This document shows, in pieces, positions 26,170-38,410 of a stretch of 64,000 nucleotides of DNA. Position 1 is the stretch's first letter. Each line of letters starts with the position of its first letter. This DNA is from Balanoglossus misakiensis. Its lineage: Eukaryota; Animalia; Hemichordata. A program made the position numbers and the translations under genes. The notes under the pieces were generated by a model. The model was not told the origin of the DNA. It did not search any database and was given only the letters and a program-made list of their open reading frames with translations. Location: NCBI GenBank assembly GCA_040954595.2, contig CM082594.2, positions 2,436,247 to 2,500,246 of the forward strand, in the 5' to 3' direction.

Positions 26170-26974
26170 GGCTGCATTCACAAACACCTCTGGAGGGGGG
26201 GCAGGAGAATTGAGGGGGGGGGGGGATTTGAAAAAATTGAGGGTATGTAAGGGGGGGGGGATTTGAAATAATTGAGGGACTGAAAGGGGGGGGACTTGAA
26301 AACTTTGACGACTAAATATTTATTTTGAGTCCACAAAAATGCAGTTTCGCGCCCTTTATTTTACAAAATTTTCTAATGTGGGAGGGGGACACCCCCTCCC
26401 ACACCCACCCCCTCCATTTATCAACACCTTTCAAACATTGACTGGTTTATCTAGTGTCCCAGGTCAGGGGACTTGCCCCCACCCCATGATAACTTTGAGC
26501 GGTGGCGGTTAAATTTGTCCTCCCCAACATACCGGTAGTTGAGTTAATGTGCTTTTGCCAGGTTCATTAAAATGCAGCTTTGAGCTCTGTATTTTATAAA
26601 ATTTTCTTACGTGGGAGGGGGACACCCCCTCCCAAACCCACCCCCTTCAATTCTCGGTTTACAGTGTCTCCCAACACAGAATACAGATACTTAAAAAATA
26701 AAAACAATATTCAGTTTTAATACCCACTGATGAGGGGAAACATCAGTTTCAAATTCTTTTCATGGGAGCGCTGTTTTTCTTTTTTACAAGATAGATAGGT
26801 GATGTGTTTTGCTGAGTGAAAGAAAATGGGGGGGGGGGCTTGAAAATTTTAGCAGTTCGGAAGGGGGGGGATTTGAAAATATTTCGGGTTGTTGAGGGGA
26901 GCATGTGAAAATTCACGGTAAAAAAAATTGAATTCTCCCGCCCCCCCCCTCCAGAGGTGTTTGTGAATGCAGCC
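26170..26974. mobile_element. PIF/Harbinger-type MITE (family H), full-length copy
   Basis: TTA|GGCTGCATTCACAAACACCTCTGGAGGG ... CCAGAGGTGTTTGTGAATGCAGCC|TTA. 3-bp TWA TSD. Confidence 0.9.
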
Positions 26975-27801
26975 TTAGAAGAGGTGGTTGTAATGATTTG
27001 ATTATAGCTGGATAGCGCTCAAACTTGTACGTCACTTCCGTTGTACATGTACAAAAACAAATGCTCAAAATAAAACAAAATACTTGATTAATATCATTAC
27101 GTTTGAAATACTTGATTAATATTATACTTTGAACGGGAAAAGTTTGACTGTTTTGTGATGTCAATAATACACGGAGTAATTGCAGGAATGATAACTGAAA
27201 ACTTCAAAAGTGAAAACATTTACCCCCTGTACGTAAAGATACTTATGCTTGTGACCTCTAGACGAAATGCATACTTCCTTACCAATTTGGTTTCCTCGAA
27301 CAGCACAGACATATTTTAATATTTTATATCAAACAAAAGTAAACAAAACCGTAAAAAGAGAGAGACGTTGACTGACACACGTTGTGTAAGTTAGAAATAT
27401 TGCTGGTACTTTGAATAGGCAGAAACCGGGCATGTCGATTATTTACTGTAACAGATCAAAGCTATCGTTGTCCAACCAGGCTATGAAACCCTTTATCACA
27501 TGAACTGGCCTTCATCACCACCTGTGTGACGTAGACCAGGACAGATCAAAAATCCAGATCACCCCTGTTCTACGTCATCAACCGGAACTATTTCCATGTT
27601 TCGCCGTAGCTTTGTTGTCAAACAGAAACAGTACATGTAGCGGCATTTAAAATACAGAAATGAAATAAAAAAATGACGGTTCCATGACAATATCGCTTTG
27701 TAAGCTCAAAACAGAAAGGTGGAATTTGGAAAGAAATCAGTCGACGCAACGATCATGGACGATCGTGGCTGTCAAAGTTTTGGGTCAGGCACATAGCTAA
27801 T

Positions 27802-27903
27802 CAATCTGATTAAAATCAGATGTAGGGAACGGCGACTTGTGTGAGGCGACAGACAGCATAAAAAACAAGTCGCCGTTCCCTACATCTGATTTTAATCAGA
27901 TTG
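27802..27903. mobile_element. 102-bp hairpin MITE with direct-repeat flanks
   Basis: ATAGCTAAT|CAATCTGATTAAAATCAGATGTAGGGAACGGCGACTTGT ... ACAAGTCGCCGTTCCCTACATCTGATTTTAATCAGATTG|ATAGCTAAT. 9-bp TSD, or 7-bp if the terminal T/A belong to the TIR. Confidence 0.8.
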
Positions 27904-28118
27904 ATAGCTAATAGGCTAGGCGCAAGTCCTGGTACGTTCCGAGTCGAATCAGTGTATGGAATAGTTTCGAGCCAGTTCAACGTGACGACTGAACCTCTAT
28001 ATTCAACCGGTCAACGAAATGTATAAGATGTGGCAAGAGGTCGCAGTAAAATTGTTAGAGAATCGATCACATTTGTGTAAGGCCGAATTTCGAGCGAAGG
28101 GAACTGAACGGGACAACT

Positions 28119-28197
28119 TGTTGGGAGATTTTATGAATGATCAGCGATAGTTCAACATTTGCATACTATCGCTGATCATTCATAAAATCTCCCAACA
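28119..28197. repeat. perfect 33-bp-arm hairpin
   Basis: tgttgggagattttatgaatgatcagcgatagt - loop - actatcgctgatcattcataaaatctcccaaca. Confidence 0.8.
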
Positions 28198-28331
28198 TAT
28201 ATCTCGTGGGGGGGGGGGGGGGGAATAATCCGGCTCAGTAAAATACGACGCCGCTCCAAAATTGTTGCAAGATACTGATTTTTTTTTCCTGCCTCTTCTA
28301 ACGAAAAATAAGAAGACTGTTCATGTGATAA

Positions 28332-28494
28332 ACATATAATCCCATGACTTTTTTCTTTGTTTAACGTCATCGTATACTCGTGGTTTTCGCGGAAGCGTAC
28401 AACTTCTCACCTGCGGCTCGAAGTTGCACTGCTCCGCGAAAACCACTCGTATACGATGACGTCAAACAAAGAAAGATATCATGGGTTTATATGT
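28332..28494. repeat. about 160-bp imperfect palindrome
   Basis: acatataa.cccatga..tctttgttt.acgtcatcgtatac..gtggttttcgcgga..caacttc / gaagttg..tccgcgaaaaccac..gtatacgatgacgt.aaacaaaga..tcatggg.ttatatgt. Confidence 0.75.
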
Positions 28495-29190
28495 AAGTAT
28501 TCCGTCTATACGCAGACCTCTTATGTCATAAACAGCGAGAGAATGTAGTACAGCAATAGCAGACATCGATGTCCGGTATGCTTGCTTGAAATCTCAGTTC
28601 CAAATACATCTGGGATATTCATGTGATGCAGCTGGTGACTACTGCCGACTAAGGTTAGGAATTGCATGCTATGATTCTACGAGTCTTTGTTTTTTCTTCT
28701 TATATTGACTCTCTCCAAGCCAATCATGGGGAAATCGACGGCCATAGCGGTGGTGAAAGCGACGGCGTAGCTGATGACAAATACGAAAAATCGAAGGTAA
28801 ATTCTATGTAGCGAGTATTCTGTGAGTGACGATACAGGAACTAAAGCAAATGTGATCAAATTGTCATCTGTTGTCTTCAAGTACATTAACTGTCCTTCCT
28901 TGAAAATCACAAAATGATAAAGAAGATCAAGAATACACATTACTACCTCATCAGGACTAAGGCGATGAGGGCGTGTTTCTCATCTCCCGACCGACCGTAA
29001 ATTTCAGCTCCGACATGAAAATAAAAAAACTGTTTTATTTACACCGACTCTGAGTCTGAGGCGATCATCCTAGCAACAGCGCCCCCAACGGCTAATTGTG
29101 AGATTTTGCAAATATGACGTCATATTCATCATGGCGGTCGTGTCAGACCATGGCTGAAGCCATCGAGGCCGGAGGAAAGACAAGAAATTA

Positions 29191-29443
29191 TATGCCCGAT
29201 AAGGAAATTGAGAGCGTAGTACAGGCCTGCAGCTTCGGTGCTATGGCCAAGGGGGAAGATTTCTACCGGCGTGTGTGCGCGTGCTCAGACGGGCACGCTT
29301 TTACAGATGGAGCGACACATTTACGCAAAGGCGTGGTCGGCGATTGGAAAAGGCATTTCACAGTTGCACAGAACGAAGCCTTTGACCGTGAAATTACAAG
29401 TAAACTGGAGAAATTTGGATTAAATTTGGTGTGTGAAATGTAG
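29191..29443 (+). pseudogene. 5'-truncated sulfotransferase copy (C-terminal 83 codons only)
   Basis: Matches the full SULT copies from tatgcccgataag to the TAG. Upstream sequence is unrelated and the 5'-PSB and 3'-PB motifs are missing. Confidence 0.9.
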
Positions 29444-30340
29444 GATACAGAGCGTTGAAATTCGGGTCTGCCAATTTGGCGTTTTGATTTTCTTTCCAAT
29501 TGACTTTGCATATTAATGTTGTCACTATTTTAGGCTTCATTCTTCTATAGGCATTCTCTAGCTTCAATTTTCGTTTATGATGTTCTTATGACGATGGTGG
29601 TGGTATTATTAATATATTTTGAAGAAATTTCGAGACAATTGTCGCTCTGTGCTGACAAGAAGAAAATAAAAAAATATTGATAAGTTTAATGGCGGGTGTT
29701 GTTATCTTCTGTGGCGACTACGCCGTGATGAAAGTGTGTTGTCGAGGTCAATAAACTCGGAATGTGCTGTAGCCTAAATAGTGAATTATCTGCCGAGGTC
29801 AGGCTGCATGAATGCGGGGTCGAATGCCTAGATGCAAACAAGCGTTTTAACTGTACTGCCCGTAGGGTTTGGAATCTAAATCGATACTTTTGTGGATTCC
29901 GATATGGTAATATCTATATTAACCTTTTTAAAAAAGAGACCGTTCAGACCCCCCCCCCCGAAAATAAACAAACAAAAACAGCAACAACAACAAAACAACT
30001 GTCACGACTGAGTTTTAACGCTAATAGATCTTTTCTATGATTACGTAAGAAGTCATTCCCTTATATGGTTTTAGTCCAGTATTGACATAGGTTCTTGACC
30101 CAGAGTAAACAAGATTGTGTAATTGATACAGGAAAGTTGACACACTGTCCAGCCACTACCGGTATTGCGCAGTGGTTGCGCATGACGATCAATAATAGGA
30201 ACGCGAAAATATCCTTTGCAGTGAATTCGTCGCCGTCTCTAGACAGAAGTTCCACACGCCGCGTGTAGCAAGATGTATACAATGTACTAGAATATACTAG
30301 TACATAGTGAGTCTTGTTGTTGTCCACACGGCAGAAAAAA

Positions 30341-31111
30341 CATTCACAAACACCTCTGGAAGGGGGGGGGGCGGGAGAATTGAGGGGGGATTTGAAAAAT
30401 TGAGGGTAAGTAAGGAGGGATTTGAAATAATTTAGGGACTGATAGGGGGACTTGAAAACTTTGACGACTAAATATTTATTTTAAGTCCACAAAAATGCAG
30501 TTTCGCGCCCTTTATTTTACAAAATTTTCTAATGTGGGAGGGGGACACCCACCCCCTCCATTCATCAACACCTTTCAATCAATGACTGGTTTATCTAGTG
30601 TCCCAGGTCAGGGGACCTTCCCCCCACCCCATGATAACTTTGAACGGCGACGGTTAAATTTGTCCTCCCCAACATACCGGTAGTTGACTTAATTTGCTTT
30701 TGGGTTCATTAAAATGCAGCTTTGAGCCCTGTTTTTTATAAAATTTTCTTACGTGGGAGGGGGACACCCCCTTCCAAACCCACCCCCTTCAATTCTCGGT
30801 TTACAATGTCTCCCAACACAGAATACAAATACTTACAAAAGAAAAACAATGTTCAGTTTTAATATCCACTGATGAGGGGAAACATCAGTTTCAAATTATT
30901 TTCATAGGAGCGCCGTTTTTCTTTTTTTACAAGATAGATAGGTTATGTGTTTTGCTCTGTGAAAGAAAATGGGGGGGGGGATTTCAAAATTTTGGCAGTT
31001 CGGAAGTGGGGGGATTTGAAAATTTTTCGGGTTGTGTACGGGGGGCATGTGAAAATTAGCGGTAAAAAAATTGAATTCTCCCCCCCCCCAGAGGTGTTTG
31101 TGAATGCAGCC
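30341..31111. mobile_element. family H Harbinger MITE, left TIR clipped by 5 bp
   Basis: Starts cattcacaaacacctctgg and ends gaatgcagcc|TAA. Confidence 0.85.
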
Positions 31112-31961
31112 TAATTTGCCGGCATATTGAAATGTCACATTAGGCCTGGAAATCCACCATGCATGTTGTCGTACTATGAAGTCCGCAGCTGCAGGATTAT
31201 CGCCGTATCGACGCAGAGTAAGGAAATGTGACCCACGAATGTCAAGCTTTTTGCAAGAGAATGCACTATCACTTCCGTGATGCGCGACAGTCCATGTCAA
31301 CTCCCCACATCTGGGTATAGTGGGGGGGGGGGACTGGAAATTAGTCTAGTGAAATCTGCCAAATGCCCCACCCGTGGGGCAAGACAATCTGGATAATCCC
31401 CACCTAAAACAAGTAAATCTCTCACATTTCCCCAACCCCTAGACAAGCCCACTAGTCGCTTGGCGATTTTTAAATCTCAATACTTTTTGTGTTTTCGGTG
31501 GTTTTTTGTCTTAATAAATAACTGCAATACTTTTTGCGTGCATGCTTGCCTTGAGCGTGTTTTTGGCAGTGAGGTGAGTTTCGAATTTGGGACTGAGCTT
31601 GTGGTTTCGGGTAGCGTCGACCAAGCGAGTCTAAGGGCCTATGGGCCTACACATAGACTTGGAGCAAGTCTACTCCACCCCATGCATTCGTTAATTCCGA
31701 CACACTAAGACTTGTGGTTTGATGTTCTTTGTAATGCTAATTTTAGCCTTCGATAGACCACACAGTAGACATGTAAATGGTGACGTTCGTGACCTATTTA
31801 GGCTATAGTAGCACATACCTTTGGGCGAGGGGACTGCATATTTCACTGAAGAATATATTTCCATCTTTCCATCAATCCACGTACCAATCCATTCGTTCTT
31901 CCGTTCATCCATTTGTTCGTTCCTTAGTTCACTAACTCACTCACTCGTTCATTCATCAAAA

Positions 31962-32891
31962 ATGGCAAATGAGTGGCCAGGATTTTTCTACGATGGATTC
32001 TTCTTTATTGACTCCCTGCACGATAAGGACACTGTGAAAAAACACAGGCTGAATGACTGGGATATCAGAAGCGACGATATCGTCATCGCAACCTTTCCCA
32101 AATCAGGGACGTATTGGATGATCAACGCAGTGACAAAGATGTTTGGAGATATAAATTTACTGCTGCCGAAGACCAAGAGTGCAGTCCGTCTCGATCAATT
32201 GTGCGAGAGTTCGGAGGATAAACCCGGCAGGTACGGAGACCAGACGAGGGCCTTGAAAATGTCTTTACATGAGATGCCTTCACCAAGGTTATTGTATTGT
32301 CACCTGCCCTTCCAATTCTATCCAACAGCATGGAAAGAAGGCCGCATGAAATGCAAGGTAATTTACATAACGAGAAACCCGAAAGATGTCTGTGTATCGT
32401 TCTACCATAATATGAAGGATATGAAGTTGTTTGGCATGAGAATGAGCTGGGAAAATTGGGTGCCCGCTTTTATAGAGGGTAGAACGTGGTGTGGACCCTG
32501 GTTGGATCACGTGATCGCCTCAAGACGCCTGGTCGAGCAGTATGGCCAGCAAGAAGGAGTGCTGTACGTCACCTATGAAGACATGAAAAAGGATCTGAAG
32601 TCTGTCTTGGCCCGAGTTGCTGACTTTCTAGATCGCCCTATGCCCGATAAGGAAATTGAGAGCGTAGTACAGGCCTGCAGCTTCGGTGCTATGGCCAAGG
32701 GTGAAGATTTCTACCGGCGTGTGTGCGCGTGCTCAGACGGGCACGCTTTTACAGATGGAGCGACACATTTACGCAAAGGCGTGGTCGGCGATTGGAAAAG
32801 GCATTTCACAGTTGCACAGAACGAAGCCTTTGACCGTGAAATTACAAGTAAACTGGAGAAATTTGGATTAAATTTGGTGTGTGAAATGTAG
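31962..32891 (+). CDS. intronless cytosolic sulfotransferase (SULT1-like), copy 1, 309 aa
   Basis: caaaaATGG start context. Motifs: 5'-PSB TFPKSGT, catalytic His (PRLLYCHLP), 3'-[25 protein letters not shown] and dimer motif [10 protein letters not shown]. Confidence 0.93.
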   Translation: MANEWPGFFYDGFFFIDSLHDKDTVKKHRLNDWDIRSDDIVIATFPKSGTYWMINAVTKMFGDINLLLPKTKSAVRLDQLCESSEDKPGRYGDQTRALKMSLHEMPSPRLLYCHLPFQFYPTAWKEGRMKCKVIYITRNPKDVCVSFYHNMKDMKLFGMRMSWENWVPAFIEGRTWCGPWLDHVIASRRLVEQYGQQEGVLYVTYEDMKKDLKSVLARVADFLDRPMPDKEIESVVQACSFGAMAKGEDFYRRVCACSDGHAFTDGATHLRKGVVGDWKRHFTVAQNEAFDREITSKLEKFGLNLVCEM

Positions 32892-33786
32892 GATACAGAG
32901 CGTTGAAATTCGGGTCTGCCAATTTGGCGTTTTGATTTTCTTTCCAATTGACTTTGCATATTAATGTTGTCACTATTTTAGGCTTCATTCTTCTATAGGC
33001 ATTCTCTAGCTTCAATTTTCGTTTATGATGTTCTTATGACGATGGTGGTGGTATTATTAATATATTTTGAAGAAATTTCGAGACAATTGTCGCTCTGTGC
33101 TGACAAGAAGAAATTAAAAAAATATTGATATGTTTAATGGCGGGTGTTGTTATCTTCTGTGGCGACTACGCCGTGATGAAAGTGTGTTGTCGAGGTCAAT
33201 AAACTCGGAATGTGCTGTAGCCTAAATAGTGAATTATCTGCCGAGGTCAGGCTGCATGAATGCGGGGTCGAATGCCTAGATGCAAACAAGCGTTTTAACT
33301 GTACTGCCCGTAGGGTTTGGAATCTAAATCGATACTTTTGTGGATTCCGATATGGTAATATCTATATTAACCTTTTTAAAAAAGAGACCGTTCAGACCCC
33401 CCCCCGAAAATAAACAAACAAAAACAGCAACAACAACAAAACAACTGTCACGACTGAGTTTTAACGCTCATAGATCTTTTCTATGATTACGTAAGAAGTC
33501 ATTCCCTTATATGGTTTTAGTCCAGTATTGACATAGGTTCTTGACCCAGAGTAAACAAGATTGTGTAATTGATACAGGAAAGTTGACACACTGTCCAGCC
33601 ACTACCGGTATTACGCAGTGGTTGCGCATGACGATCAATAATAGGAACGCGAAAATATCCTTTGCAGTGAATTCGTCGCCCTCTCTAGACAGAAGTTCCA
33701 CACGCCGCGTGTAGCAAGATGTATACAATGTACTAGAATATACTAGTACATAGTGAGTCTTGTTGTTGTCCACACGGCAGAAAAAA

Positions 33787-34539
33787 CATTCACAAACACC
33801 TCTGGAAGGGGGGGGGGCGGGAGAATTGAGGGGGGATTTGAAAAATTGAGGGTAAGTAAGGAGGGATTTGAAATAATTTAGGGACTGATAGGGGGACTTG
33901 AAAACTTTGACGACTTAATATTTATTTTAAGTCCACAAAAATGCAGTTTCGCGCCCTTTATTTTACAAACCCCCTCCCACACCCACCCCCTCCATTCATC
34001 AACACCTTTCAATCAATGACTGGTTTATCTAGTGTCCCAGGTCAGGGGACCTTCCCCCCACCCCATGATAACTTTGAACGGCGACGGTTAAATTTGTCCT
34101 CCCCAACATACCGGTAGTTGACTTAATTTGCTTTTGGGTTCATTAAAATGCAGCTTTGAGCTCTGTTTTTTATAAAATTTTCTTACGTGGGAGGGGGACA
34201 CCCCCTTCCAAACCCACCCCCTTCAATTCTCGGTTTACAATGTCTCCCAACACAGAATACAAATACTTACAAAAGAAAAACAATGTTCAGTTTTAATATC
34301 CACTGATGAGGGGAAACATCAGTTTCAAATTATTTTCATAGGAGCGCCGTTTTTCTTTTTTTACAAGATAGATAGGTTATGTGTTTTGCTCTGTGAAAGA
34401 AAATGGGGGGGGGGGATTTCAAAATTTTGGCAGTTCGGAAGTGGGGGGATTTTTTCGGGTTGTGTACAGGGGGCATGTGAAAATTAGCGGTAAAAAATTG
34501 AATTCTCCCCCCCCCCCAGAGGTGTTTGTGAATGCAGCC
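33787..34539. mobile_element. family H Harbinger MITE, duplicate of the 30341 copy
   Basis: Same clipped left end and flanks, with different small internal deletions. Confidence 0.85.
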
Positions 34540-35319
34540 TAATTTGCCGGCATATTGAAATGTCACATTAGGCCTGGAAATCCACCATGCATGTTGTCGT
34601 ACTATGAAGTCCGCAGCTGCAGGATTATCGCCGTATCGACGCAGAGTAAGGAAATGTGACCCACGAATGTCAAGCTTTTTGCAAGAGAATGCACTATCAC
34701 TTCCGTGATGCGCGACAGTCCATGTCAACTCCCCACATCTGGGTTTAGGGGGGGGACTGGAAATTAGTCCAGTATTGACATAGGTACTTGACCCAGAGTA
34801 AACAAGATTGTGTAATTGATACATGTCAGGACGAGATAGAAGTCGCTTGCACACGTGCAATGATTAGGGCGCCCTTTTTTGGATTATAAAAGTTGGTAAA
34901 CATTTCTTATCAGCGACTCAAATAGTTTTGCATTCACATGTGTATAAAAGGGACGGGATCACCGCACTCGGACATTTATGCAAATTAGGTTCAAATAGGC
35001 TTCATGGTGCGATTGAAAATCAAGGACACATTTCGCCACTTGTCCCATTTGTTGTTCCACATCAAATAAATGGAAGATCCGAGAAAATCCACACTTTTCC
35101 AGTTTTTGTACAGTCATCCTATAAGTATAAGCGCTTCTACGGTACCGCCTGTGAGTCTTACAGCTTTGAAACCAGTGCGTAATATACTAGTAGCATGACT
35201 CCATGCTAGTAGTAAAAGCATACCGGGATGTGGCTTTGAGTTGGTCCCTTGGGACAAAGACGTTTTTAATTTATTCACGCACAGGGATGTATTTTTAGCC
35301 AGACAATGGCAAGACCTAG

Positions 35320-37155
35320 TTGCCTAGCAATCAGTCAGATCGCACGGTGCTCATTTGCATATGAAAGTTCGTCAAGCCAGCGACCGTTAATTTTCAAACA
35401 GACGGCAATAGGCCAGTTTTCAAGGTGATTTTCAACTTGATTTTTACACTCCGTGGTACAATAAAATACCATGCTAGCTCGATAAATTTCGAAAGTGATT
35501 CATATTTTGCACTTCAGACGTAAATTTTATGAGAATCTGTCGGTAATAGTAGTAGTTTTTAGCGTGTTTTCGGTGGTATGTTGGTGACCTCGGAAGAGAC
35601 GTCCACAAACGTGCCAAAAATCATTTGAAGACGACCTCGGAAGTTAACCAAGTTTTCGTGACAGATAGGTCTAATATCGGTCCCAACATCCGTGAAAAGA
35701 AATTAACTCGAAATGCTTGTGTAACGGTCAGCTTAAAAATAATCGATGTAGTTCGACGATATGACCCGGAAGTATAGGCCCTACGTTGACCTCTCCATGT
35801 TAGGCTTGTAAATACGGAAGTGTTGCGTTGCTCGTGAAACGACACGTTTATCGTGGGGAAAAGTTTCTAAAAGGCACTTGTCAAGTAAAAGTTACTGGAT
35901 AGTGTATAACACTCTAAGGTAACATATCAGCCAAGTTTTAACTTAATTACTGGCCTGATTTCGACACAACATCGATCAATCGCACGAGTGCCGCGCCCGG
36001 GTGCTCCACACCGTTCGCCTACATTGGGCTACAAACAAATATTTGATTACCCATGCACAGAATGCCAGGTTTTCCGTTCGTGAGGAGCTCAGCTGACGTA
36101 TTTTGTATATATTTTTTTCTCCGCATCGTGGGATATAAGTAGACTTTTCGAAAATGCCAAGTGTAACTTCGAAACCACTTCCCTTTATTCGCCGATGAAT
36201 TAATACAACATTTGTGTCTGAAGGCGAGCGATTTGTCATCATTGCATTGGGTCGATAAATAATAATAATAGTAATTTATTTATTAAACAGTGTTCAAAAT
36301 ACTACTACAAAATACAGGATAAAGAGTTAAAAATACAACAAAATACAGAATAAATTGTCAACTCAGACAGCTAAAATAAAACAGTCAACTGCAACACCAC
36401 CACCACAAAAATCAGTCTTCATCAATCTGAAAGAACAATAAAATTAAAAAAAGTGAGTTTCCTTGACGGGCAAACCTTCATAAAATAATTGTTAGGGTTT
36501 AGTAAAACTCGGGATTACATATCAGCAATCAAAATTTCTTCGCACGAGAGAGGAGGGAAAACTACGCAGCTGGTACAACCCAGGATCAAGCCTGCGCCAG
36601 CGTATATACGTACACATGCATGCTGTCTTCTCCCGCCATTTTGCAGAAGAAGTGGCGCTCACGGGTTGAAAAGTAAACAAAATGGCGCTCACAGGTTGAA
36701 AGGTAAACAAAATTGAACTGGTCATATCGTCACTATCAAAGCTTGGAAGTGAATGAAAACTCAAAGAGAGGGAGTTTGATGTCTATATTTTGATAAAAGT
36801 TTGAAATTTCGTGGTAAAATCCATGTGTAACGGTCAGCTTAAAAATAATCGAGAGGATGTCAACGCTATGTGTTTTTTCACAGTCGTCAGAAATTTCGTG
36901 ATTACAAAGAAACTACTCGACAGAAGTTGCCAAAAAATCATTCAGTAACAATCCAGTATACCTACCTTCAAGTGAATCCACGGTTTTGTCTTAAAATAAT
37001 CCACATCGCCTGAAAACAGCTCTATAATATCGAGTAAAAAAATGGCCTATTTCGCGACCCTTCAGCGGGGCCTACTCTAACGGCTACATGGTTTGAAGTA
37101 CTTTCTTCATTTGCATATGTTAATGAATGCCGTGCGATCTGACTGGCAATTATCA
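35320..37155. mobile_element. degenerate DNA-transposon-like segment with inverted subterminal repeats
   Basis: cagtcagatcgcacgg..aataggcca (about 35332-35415) is inverted at tggcctatt..ccgtgcgatctgactg (about 37043-37146). Internal direct repeat tgtgtaacggtcagcttaaaaataatcga at about 35718 and 36824. Ends not resolved. Confidence 0.4.
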
Positions 37156-38357
37156 CCGTGAACTTTGCTACAAGTTTCACTACCACTTCCACTGGGCGTC
37201 TCAATTTTTTCAGCAGAGCCCCAGCTGCAGTAAGTTCCGACTACCTCAAGGCTTTGCCTGTAGGTTTTGGGGCTCCTCATTTTACTGATGACCATCAGCA
37301 ACAAGGCAAATTGACCGTTGACTAAGCAAGGTGCTAAACATCGCTCTTTTCAGAGGGGTAATTTTACATGCAAGCTCATTAGAAACTGCCACTTGTATCC
37401 CCTCAAACCGCGTCGGAAGAGTGCGTTTAGATCGGCGTTTAGTGCGGTGTTTCTGTTCACACGTGATTTGAATCGCTGTTTAGTGCGGCGCCCCGACCCA
37501 GGTCCCACCCCTCAACACCGTCACAAAAAAAGAGCGGCGCAGGGCCGCTCTCACCTTTTCACACGTGGCACTTACAAATTAACGCCGCCCTAGCGCCGCC
37601 GCTGGGGCGGCGTTGACGGCACGTGAGAAAAGGGTTAGAGATATCACGCGCTAAGTTCATGTTTAAGAAATATTAAGATGACGTGTTCCTTTGATGACTT
37701 AATACTTGACTATAAACGTATTAATAAGAGGTGGTGAAATTTGAGATCACACGTTTATAACCGGAGATCCGTGATGGGAGTCAACGAGCATGGATCGAGT
37801 CGTGTAATTCTTACGTGTGACCAGTAATAAACCAGAACTTTGTGTTACTCGGAAAACTTGTTGCAAGTCTCTGTCTACGAAAGGTTTACGATCTGCCGGG
37901 TACCTCTCTCGGACTCTATGAATATGTTGGGTGGAGAAGGAGATGGAGAGAATTTACACTCTCACCCTTCGGACGTGGCTCAATCCACACAGAAGCCGAT
38001 GAGGTCAACGTCCGAAGGATGGAGGGGCGTAACACAACAAACAAATGGAATTCCAAATGGAAATGTAACAAGCAAGAAGTGGGTGTAAGGTCATGTGCGC
38101 AGCCGACCCGGACCAAGTCTTGCTGATCGGACAATGGTACGAGATTAAATTACAGAAAAAAGGCTTCTAATAGAGAACGTAAGAAAACATTAAATTAATT
38201 TCTTTATTACATGTAAGAAAACAATGGTTAATTTTGTAAACAACCCGGAAATGTGTTTACAGGAAACGCTGTTTTTTAGAGGGTGTGCACTGTAAATATT
38301 GGCATTTCCGTTCCGGACTTCCGGTTTCCTTCCAACTCGTGTACAAAGGTCATGCAC

Positions 38358-38409
<52 letters not shown>
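38358..38409. repeat. (ATTG)13 microsatellite; paralogues (ATTG)16 at 51628-51691 and (ATTG)14 at 63379-63434
   Basis: Read directly from the sequence. Confidence 0.95.

Positions 38410-38410
<1 letters not shown>

Larger units (their letters stand above)
29191..34769. repeat. tandem duplication, offset about 3448 bp (29191-31346 matches 32639-34769)
   Basis: Near-identical SULT 3' end, 3' flank, truncated H-MITE and downstream sequence. The duplicated ORFs in the track have the same offset. Confidence 0.9.

Noticed and set aside
31821-31961. 47-58-aa N-terminal extensions of the SULT ORFs
   Set aside because: Low-complexity CATT/TCAC-like leader whose upstream start differs between copies. 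The ATG at 31962/49702/61453 has the better context and gives a typical SULT length.
37340-37640. Harbinger-like end (..cacgtgagaaagggtta) with ttcacacgtg repeats
   Set aside because: Only one end is recognisable, with no partner TIR or TSD.
37840-38134. Overlapping 72-94-aa ORFs at the array start
   Set aside because: No recognisable domain in any frame. The region is better explained as a palindromic repeat.
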